Positions 28,147 through 41,900 of a DNA stretch of 64,000 nt are shown in pieces. Source of the stretch: Elusimicrobium minutum (GTDB lineage: Bacteria; Elusimicrobiota; Elusimicrobia; Elusimicrobiales; UBA9959). Under the pieces are notes generated by a model. That model had not been told where the DNA came from and ran no database searches. It worked only from the letters and a program-made list of their open reading frames with translations. The translations under genes and the position numbers were made by a program. The stretch lies in assembly GCA_020723765.1 (NCBI GenBank), contig DYIF01000010.1:750-64749 (forward strand), written 5' to 3'. The stretch's first letter is position 1; each line of letters starts with the position of its first letter.

Positions 28147-29139
28147 TCAAATAATCCCTTCTTTTATCAAATCTCTTTCGTCTATTATGCCTACGACCTT
28201 TCTTTTGTCGTCTATGACTGGGATGTTGTCTATTTTTTTTGAGCTAATTATCATTGCGGCTTTTATCGCCATTTCGTTTCGGTTTATGCTTATCGGATTT
28301 TTCGTCATATGAACGGATATTTTGTCGTCGAGGGATATGGACGAAAATTTTCTTCTCAAATCCCCGTCGCTGAAATAACCGCATAATCTGTTTTTGTTAT
28401 CGACTATCGATACCGCTCCGAGTGATGAGTCGGTCATTTTATCGATGGCTTGTTTTACGGTCGCGTTTATATTTACTACGGGATTATCCTTTCCCGTCCT
28501 CATTATTTCGAAAACCTTTACATACAGAAGTTTTCCAATGTTTCCTCCGGGATGATTTTGAGCGAAATCGTTTTTATTATACCCTTTTTCTTTCATTAAG
28601 GTTAAAGCTATAGCGTCTCCGACCGCCATCATGGAAACGGCGGAAGCGGTGGGTATTATGTTGTCGGGACATGCTTCTTTTTTAGTATTGATATTTATTA
28701 CCACATCCGAAACGGAGGCCAATTTGGAGTAAGGGTTGTTTATTATCGAAATTATCTTCGCTTTTCTTTTTCCGCACATTAAAGCGAATTTTGTTATTTC
28801 CGGGGTTTGACCGGAGTTAGATAGCAAAATAACCGCGTCGTTTTCCGAAACAAGCCCGATGTCTCCGTGCATCGCTTCTACCGGATGAACGAATACCGAT
28901 TGGGTTTTGGTGGAGGTTAGCGTCGCCGATATCTTTTGAGCTATTATTCCGGATTTTCCTATTCCGCTCACTACCACTTTTCCTTTTATAGATTTCAATA
29001 AAGCTATCGTTTCGTCAAAAGATTTGCCAAGAGAATTTTTAAGCGATGTTAATGCGGAAATTTCGGTCTCTATTACTTTTTTTGCGAACTTAACGGTTTG
29101 TTTTGTCAGTCTTCTATTTGTTTTTTGGGGTGTAGCCAT
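28147..29139 (-). CDS. kdsD: Arabinose-5-phosphate isomerase (KpsF/GutQ family, SIS + CBS)
   Basis: SGIGKSGII, HPVEAMHGDIG, HPGGNIG, CBS pair; start set at MATPQK (29139) after an AAGGAG RBS. Confidence 0.93.
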   Translation of the reverse strand: MATPQKTNRRLTKQTVKFAKKVIETEISALTSLKNSLGKSFDETIALLKSIKGKVVVSGIGKSGIIAQKISATLTSTKTQSVFVHPVEAMHGDIGLVSENDAVILLSNSGQTPEITKFALMCGKRKAKIISIINNPYSKLASVSDVVININTKKEACPDNIIPTASAVSMMAVGDAIALTLMKEKGYNKNDFAQNHPGGNIGKLLYVKVFEIMRTGKDNPVVNINATVKQAIDKMTDSSLGAVSIVDNKNRLCGYFSDGDLRRKFSSISLDDKISVHMTKNPISINRNEMAIKAAMIISSKKIDNIPVIDDKRKVVGIIDERDLIKEGII

Positions 29140-29365
29140 GGGGTCATCTCCTTGGGTATTATTCTTTGGTTGTATGGAGGCGGAAGTTTGTGGAGAAAAT
29201 AGCTTGCTATAAAATAAAAAACTATTAAAGAAACATATATTATCGAAAGAGTTTTTATATGCCACTTCGTGTCGCAAAACCAGGAGGGGGGAAGAGTAAG
29301 GTCTTTTCCGCATTTTTTGCAAAATTTTAAATTCGGTTTGTTATCGAAACCGCAATCGGGGCATT

Positions 29366-29369
<4 letters not shown>
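29106..29369 (-). CDS. Small zinc-ribbon membrane protein
   Basis: MKCPDCG...KFCKKCG followed by one TM helix; GGAGG RBS at the end of kdsA. Confidence 0.8.
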
Positions 29370-32570
<3,201 letters not shown>

Positions 32571-32574
<4 letters not shown>

Positions 32575-33575
32575 TCGTTTATAACCTCTTTCAGTTCTTG
32601 CGGAGTGGCGCTTGCCGTACCTATCTTTGCGACCACCAGTCCGGCCGCGTAGTTTGCCACCATGGCGGAATGCAGTATGTTTTTGGAAGCCGCATATCCC
32701 AAAGAGAGAACCGATATTACCGTATCTCCCGCTCCCGTTACGTCGAAAACTTCTTTAGCTTTTGTTGGTATGTGAGTCGTTTTTATTTTTTGGTTTAAAT
32801 TTTCAAATACAGTCATTCCGTTTTCGCTTTGAGTTATTATTAAAGATTTCAGTTTGAGTTTTTTTACTATTTCTATGCCCAATTTTTCTATTTCAAACTG
32901 CTCCCTTTTTTCGGGTCTTCTCATTCCGGAAAAAGCCTCCATTATATTCGGAGTCATTGATGTTACCTTTTTGTAAGACATAAAATGCTCTATTTTAGGG
33001 TCTACAAATATGGGTATTTTCGCTTTTAACGACGATTCTATGGAGTACTCTATTATTTCCCTGGACAAAACTCCCTTTCCGTAATCCGAAAGAACCAAGG
33101 CGTCGATCCCTTTTTTTATAAGGTTTTTTATATTGTCTTTCATTTTTTGTTTAATTTTATTGTCGTAGTTAAATTTTGTTTCTCTGTCTATCCTGACCAC
33201 CTGCTGATGTTCGGCTATTATTCTGGTTTTTTCTATCGTTTTTTGAGATTCGTCGAATATTATATAAGAAGTGTCGATCCCTTTTTTTTCTCTCATCATC
33301 GAGGATATTTCGCTTGCCGCCGAATCGTTCCCGAGAACCGAAAGCATTACCGCTTTGCCGCCCAGATCCGATATGTTGCTTGCGACGTTGCTCGAACCTC
33401 CGAACGATATCTTTTCGGAATTTATTTCCACTACGGGAACGGGAGCTTCGGGAGATATTCTTCTTACTTTTCCGAAGATGTATTTGTCCAGTATTACATC
33501 CCCTATAATCCCTATCGTTTTATTTTTAAAATTATCGACTATTTTAATAAGTTCTTGTTTTATTAATTTATCCAT
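32571..33575 (-). CDS. rfaE1: D-glycero-beta-D-manno-heptose-7-phosphate kinase (RfaE domain I / HldA)
   Basis: GDVILDKY..G.V.RISPEAPVPV, LSDYGKG, VFDVTGAGDTV; start set at MDKLIK. Confidence 0.93.
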
Positions 33576-33581
33576 AAATAT

Positions 33582-33587
33582 ATTATA
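33582..33587 (-). promoter_or_regulatory. -10 box TATAAT, 6 nt before heptose kinase ATG (33575)
   Basis: Minus strand reads TATAAT-ATATTT-ATG; no SD. Confidence 0.5.
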
Positions 33588-33637
33588 TAATTTTTGTTCC
33601 AAACGAGTTTTTGTATTTGGTGATGTTTATTCTTTTG

Positions 33638-33643
33638 TATAAT
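33638..33643 (+). promoter_or_regulatory. -10 box TATAAT, 6 nt before waaF-like ATG (33650)
   Basis: TATAAT-CTAATT-ATG; no SD. Confidence 0.5.
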
Positions 33644-33649
33644 CTAATT

Positions 33650-35128
33650 ATGAAAATACTTATAATAAGATTTTCTTCCCTGGGCGATATAGTATTGACT
33701 TTGCCCGTTATAAAAAACATAAAATTAAACGACGAAAACTCGGAAATTTATTATCTTACCAAAAAACAATTCGGCAAGATATTATCTCGGAACAAAGATA
33801 TAAAAGAAGTGCTTGAATTTTCGTCCGTTAAAGATCTTTTCGAAATCGGGAAAAAATACGAGTTTGATTTGATAATAGATCTTCATTCCAATATTAGGAG
33901 TTTCCTTGCTTGTAAAATAATAAAAGCGCAAAAAAAGATAAAGTACGACAAGGATTCTCTTTATCGAAGGCTTTTCGTAAATTTCAGGATACTATCTCCG
34001 AAGCTTGAAAAACATGTCGTGGAAAGGTATCTTTCGGTTTTGGAAAAAACAAATTTTAAAATAATAGATAAAAAGCCGGATATAAAAAACGCCGATTTTT
34101 CCGAAAAACTCGACTCTAAACCCAGGAAGATACTTATAATACAAACCGCCTTTTTGGGCGATCTTATGCTTACTCTCCCTATGATAAAAAAAATAAAATC
34201 CGAAATTAAAGATTCTTATATTTCCATTCTCATAAGAAAAGATACTGCCAAAGCTGTCGAAGGGGTAAAAGAGATAGACGAAATAATATGCGACGAGAAA
34301 AAAGAAAGGCCTTTTTTGGCGGAGTTTAAAAGAATAATAGAACTTATTAAAAATAAGGGATTTGACATAGCCATAATTCCTCATCGTTCTCTTAGATCGG
34401 CTCTAATCGCTTTTTTTGCAAAAATTAAAATCAGGATAGGATTCGATATTAAACCTTCTTCTTTTTTCTATACTCATAGAATACCTTTCAGCTGGCTGGT
34501 ACACGACGCCGAAAGGAATTTTATGCTTTTGTCTCCTTTGATAAAAGAAGGGGGAATAGAATTCCCGGAAATGAAAGAAGCTTCTAACGGCAAATTTGGA
34601 GATATTATAAAAATAAAACCGTTGATATTGATAAATCCGTCTTCCGTTTGGGAAACTAAAAGATGGCCGGAATACAAATTCGCCTCTCTTATCGATAAAC
34701 TTTACTCGGAATATTCGGTTACTCCGGTTCTCATAGGTTCAGGAAAAGAAAAAGAATATTGCGATAAGATAAAAGAGATTGCGGGAGACGCCAAATGTTT
34801 AAATATGGCAGGAAAAACAAGCTTAGACGAGCTCGTATGGTTGATAAAAAAATCGGATATTTTAATAACCAACGATTCGGGTCCTATGCATATTGCGACT
34901 GCTTTGGGCGTTTGGGTGGTGGCTATATTCGGGCCCACCACGAGGGAATTGGGTTTTTTCCCTTATAGCGAAAAATCTATAGTTTTAGAAAAAGATCTTT
35001 TATGCAGGCCCTGCAGGCTTCACGGCTCCAGGAAATGCCCTCATTCGCATTTTCTTTGCATGAAACTAATAAAAGTCGAAGAGGTTATAAAAGCGGTTCA
35101 AAAAATTCTAAAATATAATTATGAATAA
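33650..35128 (+). CDS. waaF: LPS heptosyltransferase (GT9, WaaF-like) with an extra N-terminal GT9 domain
   Basis: MKILIIRFSSLGDIVLTLP, then a second RKILIIQTAFLGDLMLTLP; TKRWP; ITNDSGPMHIATA..VAIFGPT; CRPC..HG..C. Confidence 0.8.
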   Translation: MKILIIRFSSLGDIVLTLPVIKNIKLNDENSEIYYLTKKQFGKILSRNKDIKEVLEFSSVKDLFEIGKKYEFDLIIDLHSNIRSFLACKIIKAQKKIKYDKDSLYRRLFVNFRILSPKLEKHVVERYLSVLEKTNFKIIDKKPDIKNADFSEKLDSKPRKILIIQTAFLGDLMLTLPMIKKIKSEIKDSYISILIRKDTAKAVEGVKEIDEIICDEKKERPFLAEFKRIIELIKNKGFDIAIIPHRSLRSALIAFFAKIKIRIGFDIKPSSFFYTHRIPFSWLVHDAERNFMLLSPLIKEGGIEFPEMKEASNGKFGDIIKIKPLILINPSSVWETKRWPEYKFASLIDKLYSEYSVTPVLIGSGKEKEYCDKIKEIAGDAKCLNMAGKTSLDELVWLIKKSDILITNDSGPMHIATALGVWVVAIFGPTTRELGFFPYSEKSIVLEKDLLCRPCRLHGSRKCPHSHFLCMKLIKVEEVIKAVQKILKYNYE

Positions 35129-35930
35129 ATTGTTTTACTTCGTTCCTTTTGCCGGACTCTTATATTCTCTAAGATGGAGCTGGTGGTATAAAAATCTATC
35201 CGGCCTTAACGTTTTGGTTTATCATAAAATAGGATACCCTCCCAAAGGCACCAAATTAAAAGAATTATGGGTTACTCCGGAAAGATTTGAAAAACACATA
35301 TCCTGGCTTACCAAAAAAGGTTATAAGCTTATAGGTTTTTCGGAACTTGCCGATTATTATAAAAACAACAAACCGGTAGACGATGTGGTTTTGGTTACAT
35401 TCGACGACGGATATGAAAATAATTACAAATACGCTTATCCCATACTTAAGAAATATAACGCCAAAGGAAATATATTTGTGGTTTATAACACCATAGGCAA
35501 AGTAAACGTCTGGCATAATCCCAAAACCGAAGTGTGGATCAATATGGCCACAAAAGAAATGCTAATAGAAATGGATAAAAGCGGGGTTATGGAGTTCGGT
35601 TCTCACACTATGAATCATCCTCGACTTGCAAACATAGACATAGAAGACGCAAAGTGGGAAATATTCGAATCGAAAAAACAACTTGAAAATTTGTTCCAAA
35701 AAGAAATAATAGCATTCGCCTATCCTTACGGCAACGGCGCTTACGAGCCGGAAATAAGAAAGCTTGTCCTGGAAGCCGGTTATCTTTTCGACTTTAGTTT
35801 CAAACAGGGAAAAACATCCTGGCCGTGGGAAAGAGAGAAAAAAACTCTGGATAGATTATTTATAAAATACTCGGATTCTTGCTTCGATTTAAATTTGCAT
35901 ATTAAAAAAGGCGTTTCGAAAATATTTTAA
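35121..35930 (+). CDS. Polysaccharide deacetylase (CE4/NodB)
   Basis: VLVYHKI, VTFDDGY, FGSHTMNH, FAYPYG. Confidence 0.92.
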   Translation: MNKLFYFVPFAGLLYSLRWSWWYKNLSGLNVLVYHKIGYPPKGTKLKELWVTPERFEKHISWLTKKGYKLIGFSELADYYKNNKPVDDVVLVTFDDGYENNYKYAYPILKKYNAKGNIFVVYNTIGKVNVWHNPKTEVWINMATKEMLIEMDKSGVMEFGSHTMNHPRLANIDIEDAKWEIFESKKQLENLFQKEIIAFAYPYGNGAYEPEIRKLVLEAGYLFDFSFKQGKTSWPWEREKKTLDRLFIKYSDSCFDLNLHIKKGVSKIF

Positions 35931-37009
35931 TGAATCTTGAAAAGCTAAGAAATGAGATAAAATCTTTTTATATCGGAAAATTTTTTTTATTATTATTAAG
36001 CTTTTTATATCGATTTGCTTTTTTTATCAAAAAATCTTTTTATTCCGCCGGTATTATAAATCCAAAAAGCTTTAAAAAACCGATAATATGCGTTGGCAAT
36101 ATATCGACCGGAGGAACCGGAAAAACCACTTTTGTGATATCTCTTTCCAAGGAACTGGCAAAATCGGATATAAAAACCGCGGTAACGATGAGAGGATACA
36201 AAAGCGGATACGCTAAAAACGATGTGGCCGACTCCAAAATAGTCGGTAATTTTTTCGAAGACCAAAAAATGGCGGACGAACAAAAATTAATTTCGCTTTC
36301 TCTTAAAGATTTGGGAATTCCGGTCGTCGCTTCAAAAAACAGAAAAAAAGCGATAGAATACGCGATTGACAGATATAATCCGGATGTTTTGATAATGGAC
36401 GACGGGTTTCAAAATTTTTCGATTAAAAAAGATTTGAATATCGTAATATTGAATATAAATATGCTATACGATAAAATACTTCCTGTTGGAAACCTCAGGG
36501 AAAGCTATTTAGGATTAAAAAGAGCTAATTTTGTCATTTTAAACCATTGCGAACTTTTCGATTCGGATTATATAGAAAAAGCCTATTCGTATGTAAAAAA
36601 ATACGTAGATGAAAACAAAATAATAAAAGCGAGCTACGTCATATCCGGATTTTTGAATAACGTAACCGGAGAAAAAATAAGCCTGGAATATTTCAGGCGT
36701 AATTTTAAAGATGTGGCTTTGTTTTCCGGAATAGGAGACAATTCTCAGTTTAAAAAAATGATAGAAAAAAGCGGTTTTAAAGTTTTAAAGGTCTGGCAGT
36801 TTCCGGATCATTATAAATATTCCTACGAGGAATTAAAATCCATAAATAATCTGAGAGACGGGCTCCCATTATTGACCACATATAAAGATTCGGTAAAGTT
36901 TATGTCGAAATCTGAAGAAATATTTTCGACCGATATTTATTCGGCGGATGTTGATATTAGGTTGTCAGAAAATTCCATTATAGATTCGATTAAAAAAATA
37001 TTGAAATGA
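35930..37009 (+). CDS. lpxK: Tetraacyldisaccharide 4'-kinase
   Basis: VGNISTGGTGKT, MRGY, ADE, MDDGFQ, LPVGNLRE, FPDHY, TTYKD. Confidence 0.93.
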   Translation: MNLEKLRNEIKSFYIGKFFLLLLSFLYRFAFFIKKSFYSAGIINPKSFKKPIICVGNISTGGTGKTTFVISLSKELAKSDIKTAVTMRGYKSGYAKNDVADSKIVGNFFEDQKMADEQKLISLSLKDLGIPVVASKNRKKAIEYAIDRYNPDVLIMDDGFQNFSIKKDLNIVILNINMLYDKILPVGNLRESYLGLKRANFVILNHCELFDSDYIEKAYSYVKKYVDENKIIKASYVISGFLNNVTGEKISLEYFRRNFKDVALFSGIGDNSQFKKMIEKSGFKVLKVWQFPDHYKYSYEELKSINNLRDGLPLLTTYKDSVKFMSKSEEIFSTDIYSADVDIRLSENSIIDSIKKILK

Positions 37010-37578
37010 AAATAATATATTTAAAATCGAGAGAAAAAAAACCGGCTGTTTTTTTGGATAGAGACGGCGTTATAAACAAAGATATTCCCGGCAAATATAT
37101 AAAATCTCTTTCGGATATAAAATTATATAAAACGGCTTTAGAGGGGCTAAAAAAAATATCTTCCTGCGACAGATTCCATTTGATAATAATCACCAACCAA
37201 TCCGCCGTAGGAAGGGGGTATATAACCGAGAGAATCTCGAGAAAAATAAACGACAAAATAGTAAAAACCTTAGAAAAAGAAAAAATAAAGATTAACGCCG
37301 TTTATTACTGTCCCCATTCTCCCGTGGATAATTGCGATTGCAGAAAACCCAAGCCCGGACTTATAAAAGAAGCATTAAAAGATTATAAAATAGACCTCAA
37401 AAAGTCTTTTTTGATAGGAGATAAAAAAACCGACATGGAGCTGGCTTTAAAAACCGGAATAAAAGGCGTTTTTGTTTTAACGGGTCAGGCTAAAAATCAA
37501 ATAAAAAAACATAGGAAAATAAAAGCCGATTATGTTCTTAAAAATTTAAAAAACGCGGATAAAATAATATGCCGGTAA
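37006..37578 (+). CDS. gmhB: D,D-heptose 1,7-bisphosphate phosphatase (HAD)
   Basis: FLDRDGVIN, ITNQS, YCPHSPVDNCDCRKPKPG, IGDK. Confidence 0.92.
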   Translation: MKIIYLKSREKKPAVFLDRDGVINKDIPGKYIKSLSDIKLYKTALEGLKKISSCDRFHLIIITNQSAVGRGYITERISRKINDKIVKTLEKEKIKINAVYYCPHSPVDNCDCRKPKPGLIKEALKDYKIDLKKSFLIGDKKTDMELALKTGIKGVFVLTGQAKNQIKKHRKIKADYVLKNLKNADKIICR

Positions 37579-38345
37579 TCTTTTTAATATCTTATTTCTT
37601 TTCTTTTGTTTTTGGGGAAAATTTTTTCGATGCCTATAAATCCGTAAAAGATAAGGAAACATTTCCCTTCTATTCGCAAAAATACGAATATAATATCTAC
37701 TGGGGTTTTTTGAATGTCGGAAAAGCCGTCATAAAAGTGGAGGATGTGGTGGAAATTTCCACCAAAGTCTACGCTTACAAAATAGTATCAAACGCCGTGT
37801 CGAGTTCTTTTATAGCCAACCTATTTAAAGTAAGAGACAAAAACATAGGATATCTGGATGTCAATTTCGAGCGTTCATACGGTTATTATAAAGACATTAA
37901 CGAAGGCAAATATTCTTTAAAGGAATACACGGTTTTCGATTATGAAAATAAAAAATTTTACGGCAAAAAAATAAAAAACGGGAAAGAAAAAGAGCATTAC
38001 GGAGAACTGGAGCAAAATGTTTACGACATTCTTTCTTCTCTTTATCTATTTGTAAAATCCGAAAAAGAACCGGAAAAGGTCAAGAAAATAGATATAGTTA
38101 CCACAAAATTGTGGAAATTGGAAGTAATAAATCACGGCATGGAAAAAATTAAGATAAACTCAAAGAAAATAAAATGTTATAAACTGGAACCGAAGGTCGG
38201 AGACGACGGGATATTCATTTCAAAGAAAGGAAGAAGCCTTTATGTCTATTTGTCCGAGGATAAAAAAGTGCCGGTAATGCTGGAGGCTGAGGTTTTTATA
38301 GGAAGCGTAGTCGCTAAATTGGAAGATTACGACAAGGAAAAGTGA
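37569..38345 (+). CDS. DUF3108-like exported protein
   Basis: Signal peptide; YNIYWGFLNVGKA, YDILSSLY and KVPVMLEAEVFIGSV patterns. Confidence 0.7.
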   Translation: MPVIFLISYFFSFVFGENFFDAYKSVKDKETFPFYSQKYEYNIYWGFLNVGKAVIKVEDVVEISTKVYAYKIVSNAVSSSFIANLFKVRDKNIGYLDVNFERSYGYYKDINEGKYSLKEYTVFDYENKKFYGKKIKNGKEKEHYGELEQNVYDILSSLYLFVKSEKEPEKVKKIDIVTTKLWKLEVINHGMEKIKINSKKIKCYKLEPKVGDDGIFISKKGRSLYVYLSEDKKVPVMLEAEVFIGSVVAKLEDYDKEK

Positions 38346-38381
38346 TAAAACGCGGAGCAAAAAATATATAATATCTTTATA

Positions 38382-38903
38382 ATGAAAAGAGGGATTATAA
38401 TATTTGTCTTTTTATGGTTTGATTGCTTGGTCCTTTTTTCCGCTATGACTTCCGGTTCTTACAGAATAAATACCCTTTACCCTTACACAACTCCAAATAC
38501 GGATTACAAAGTTTCCTATTCGTATAGGCTTTTGGGCAATATTCTGCCTTTAGGCTATACCAACGCTACGGGAGCGAGAATAGGTTTATTCCCGGAAGTT
38601 TTGGGGCTATCAAGAGGCCCGGAGGCGACGGTGGAAAACGCTTACGCATTCCCCAATCCCTGTAACATAAAATACGGTTGTAACGGGATTTCTTTTACCA
38701 AATTGACTTTGAGATGCGAGATAAGGATATTTAATATCGCCGGGGAACAAGTAAGAACGATATTAAAAAATTCTAATGTTGAATCTCAGGGTTGGGATTT
38801 GAAAGATTCTAATAACAATACCGTACCGAGCGGTTTATACATATTTTACATAAAAGATGAAAACGGCAAGACCAGAAAAGGAAAACTGGTAATTATAAGA
38901 TGA
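38382..38903 (+). CDS. Small secreted protein with FlgD-Ig / T9SS-CTD-like C-terminal domain
   Basis: Signal peptide; AYAFPNP...[14 protein letters not shown]...[20 protein letters not shown]...GKLVIIR. Confidence 0.8.
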   Translation: MKRGIIIFVFLWFDCLVLFSAMTSGSYRINTLYPYTTPNTDYKVSYSYRLLGNILPLGYTNATGARIGLFPEVLGLSRGPEATVENAYAFPNPCNIKYGCNGISFTKLTLRCEIRIFNIAGEQVRTILKNSNVESQGWDLKDSNNNTVPSGLYIFYIKDENGKTRKGKLVIIR

Positions 38904-38928
38904 GATTTTTAAAATGTTTGGAGGAAAA

Positions 38929-41900
38929 ATGAGATTTTTTGTTTTGATACTTTCGGTCGTATTCTTTCCGATTAATCTTATTTCCGGCGATGTTAAAGTT
39001 AACTCCGTACCCAATCTCATAAGCTATCAGGGAAGAGTGGAAAAAGACAACGCCCCTTTAAACGGCCTTTTGCACATAAGATTTAGAATATACAAATACG
39101 AAACTGGGGGAAGCCCTGAGTGGACAAGCGACGAGTTTTTAGTCGAGGCGAGGTCGGGGATATTTTCGGTTAGTTTTCAACCGCCTTTAGACATATTTTC
39201 AAAAGGAAATTCTTTATGGCTTGAAGTTGAAATAGAAGGTGAAAAACTGAGCCCAAGAGAACCCATAAATACGGTCATATATTCTTTGATTTCGAAAAAA
39301 TTGGAAGACGGAGCATTTGTTCATTTCAGCTCTTTTACCGTAGGAACAAATCCCAATGCCATAGGACCTTCCGGCCAAAGAGCAATCATATTAAACGGCG
39401 GCATATACACCGATAGAATATGTTTTACGGATAATTCTTGCATGAGTACAAGCGGCGGTTCTTCGGCCACAAACGAGGTCTATTCTCCGGTTGATGTTTT
39501 CATAAGAGCGGATAGCGTAGGAGACGGTAACGGCGCCATAATATTTCAGACGTCGACTACCTACAAAGGAATAATTACAAACTCCGGCAATTGGGGAATA
39601 GGAACTCAAACGCCTTCCACAAGATTGCATGTAAACGGAAATTCTTTAGTATCCAACGATTTAACTGTCGGAGGAAATTTTTCTTTAACCGGAGTCTTTA
39701 ATAACGGCGTAATTAGAGGGACAAACAACGAACAGATAAGCGTAGGAGTAAACGATAATAGAATCGATTTTTTAGTTAACGGTACCACCGGAGTTACTAT
39801 AAACAACGGAAATTTGGGCATAGGATATACAAACCCTACAAGAGCTCTGGATGTAAACGGCAATATAAGAGCCGTCGATATGGATATATCCAATCTCATA
39901 GTTTCAAACGAAATTAGAAGTTTTGGGGGGAACAACCTTATAATTCAAAGAACGAATCTTTTGAATGTAGGAATAGGAACCGATACTCCGAAAGAAAAAC
40001 TTCATGTAGCGGGTACCATAATGGCTGACAGAGGCATTACCGCATCCACGGCTTCGTTTCTTTCCGATGTAAATATCCTTGGAAATCTAAACGTTACAAA
40101 CTTCGGCAAAGAAGTTAAACTATCTTCTACGACGATATTCGGAACTTTAAACGTAAAAGGCGGATTTACATTAAATAACGATAATATAGCCGCTTTAGCA
40201 TCCACCCAAACATTCTCGGCTCAAAACACTTTTACCGCCCAGATTACGGTATCTTCTCACGCCCTGATAAGCTCCAGACTGGGAGTAGGCGCGAATTCTT
40301 TTTCATATTCCGATCCTTCATATATTCAAATAGGAGAACCTAATGTCCCTTCTTCTTCTTCCACATTATACATCTCCGCCGGAGCCAATTCCCAGGGAAG
40401 GGTTAATTTTTATAGAGGCTCATCCAAAATAGGATCGATCGGAACAAACGGAAACAACATACAGATATTCTCAGGCGGTTCGGATATTTCAAAACTTTAT
40501 ATAGATTCTACCAACTTTAAAATATATAATTCCACTTTAATAATATCTCCCACCCAAAACGATTCAGCTCCCGCTTTATATGTGGACGGAAATTCGAGAG
40601 TGGGAGTGGGAACGAACGCTCCGACTCACCCTTTGACCGTATCCGGAAACATAAAAATTACCGGTTCGGGTAACGGTATCATATTTAACGACGGAACAAT
40701 ACTAAACTCAAGTTCTTCCATATCTGTAGGAGCGATATCAAACAACTCTGATGCTCTCATTCAGGCGGATGCCGATAGCAACGGAACCGGCAAAATAATA
40801 CTGAGAGTTAAAAACAACGATTCTTTGATAGTCGATAATACGGGCAAAATAGGAATAGGAACGGCAAATCCTTCCGACAAATTTCAAATAATAGGAGGCG
40901 ATGTCGTTATAGGAAACACTATAAATCCGTATTCGGGAGATAGCAAAGAAGACCTTGTAGTCGCCGGCAATATAGTGGTAGACGGCACTCTAAAACAAAG
41001 AACGGCTACGCCGGTCGAATTTACCTCGCTTTATGTTTCACAGGATGTTTATCTTTCGACCGCTACGGGTTATAAAACCGGAATAGGAACTTTGACTCCA
41101 AATTACACTTTAGACGTTAACGGGGATATAAACACTTCGGGAAACCTGCGTTTAGGAGGAACAAATATTATTACAAGCGGACGCCTTTTGCAAAATTTGA
41201 CTGGGATATCTTCATCAGGAAACATAAATTTTTCTTCTCTTACTTCATCAAGACTTGTAGCTACAGATGGCTCTAATAATCTTACAAGCTCCATAACATC
41301 GGCCAATTTAGCCTCTTCTATTACCGACGAAACAGGAACGGGTTTGGCGGTATTTAATACGGCCCCTTCTTTTAATACGAGCATAAGCGTAAGCGGATGG
41401 GGGAATTTTACTCAAGGTATTACCGCCTCAAGCGGAACCTTTACCGCTTTCGGACAATATTCCATAGCATCCTCTTCCGGAATAAACATACTAAACGGAA
41501 CGGTAAATCTAAATAACTCGGTAAGAATTAAAAATTCTTTAGATCCTATAGACAATCAAGACGCGGCGACAAAGTCATATGTGGATAATAAGTTTTTAAT
41601 AGGGGGTTCGGAACCTAATTCATGGCTTGTTACGGGCAATAACGCGGGTTCTAACAGGGTTTTAGGTACGACAAACTCTCAGTCTTTTAATATCATTTCA
41701 AACAACACTCCGAGAATAACCATAGGAGATACGGGATTGATAACATTTTTGTCCGGGGTTGGACATACGATTTTTACAAACGGAATTACCGCCTCTTCCG
41801 GAACATTTACGGGAAATTTTTATGTTGGAGGCAGCCTAAATTTAAACTCTCTAACCGCCTCGAGGCTTGTGGCGACGGACGGATCAAAGAATTTAACAAG

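Noticed and set aside
29140-29322. 61-aa N-terminal extension of kdsD
   Set aside because: It lies inside the zinc-ribbon gene in another frame; an AAGGAG RBS supports the start at 29139.
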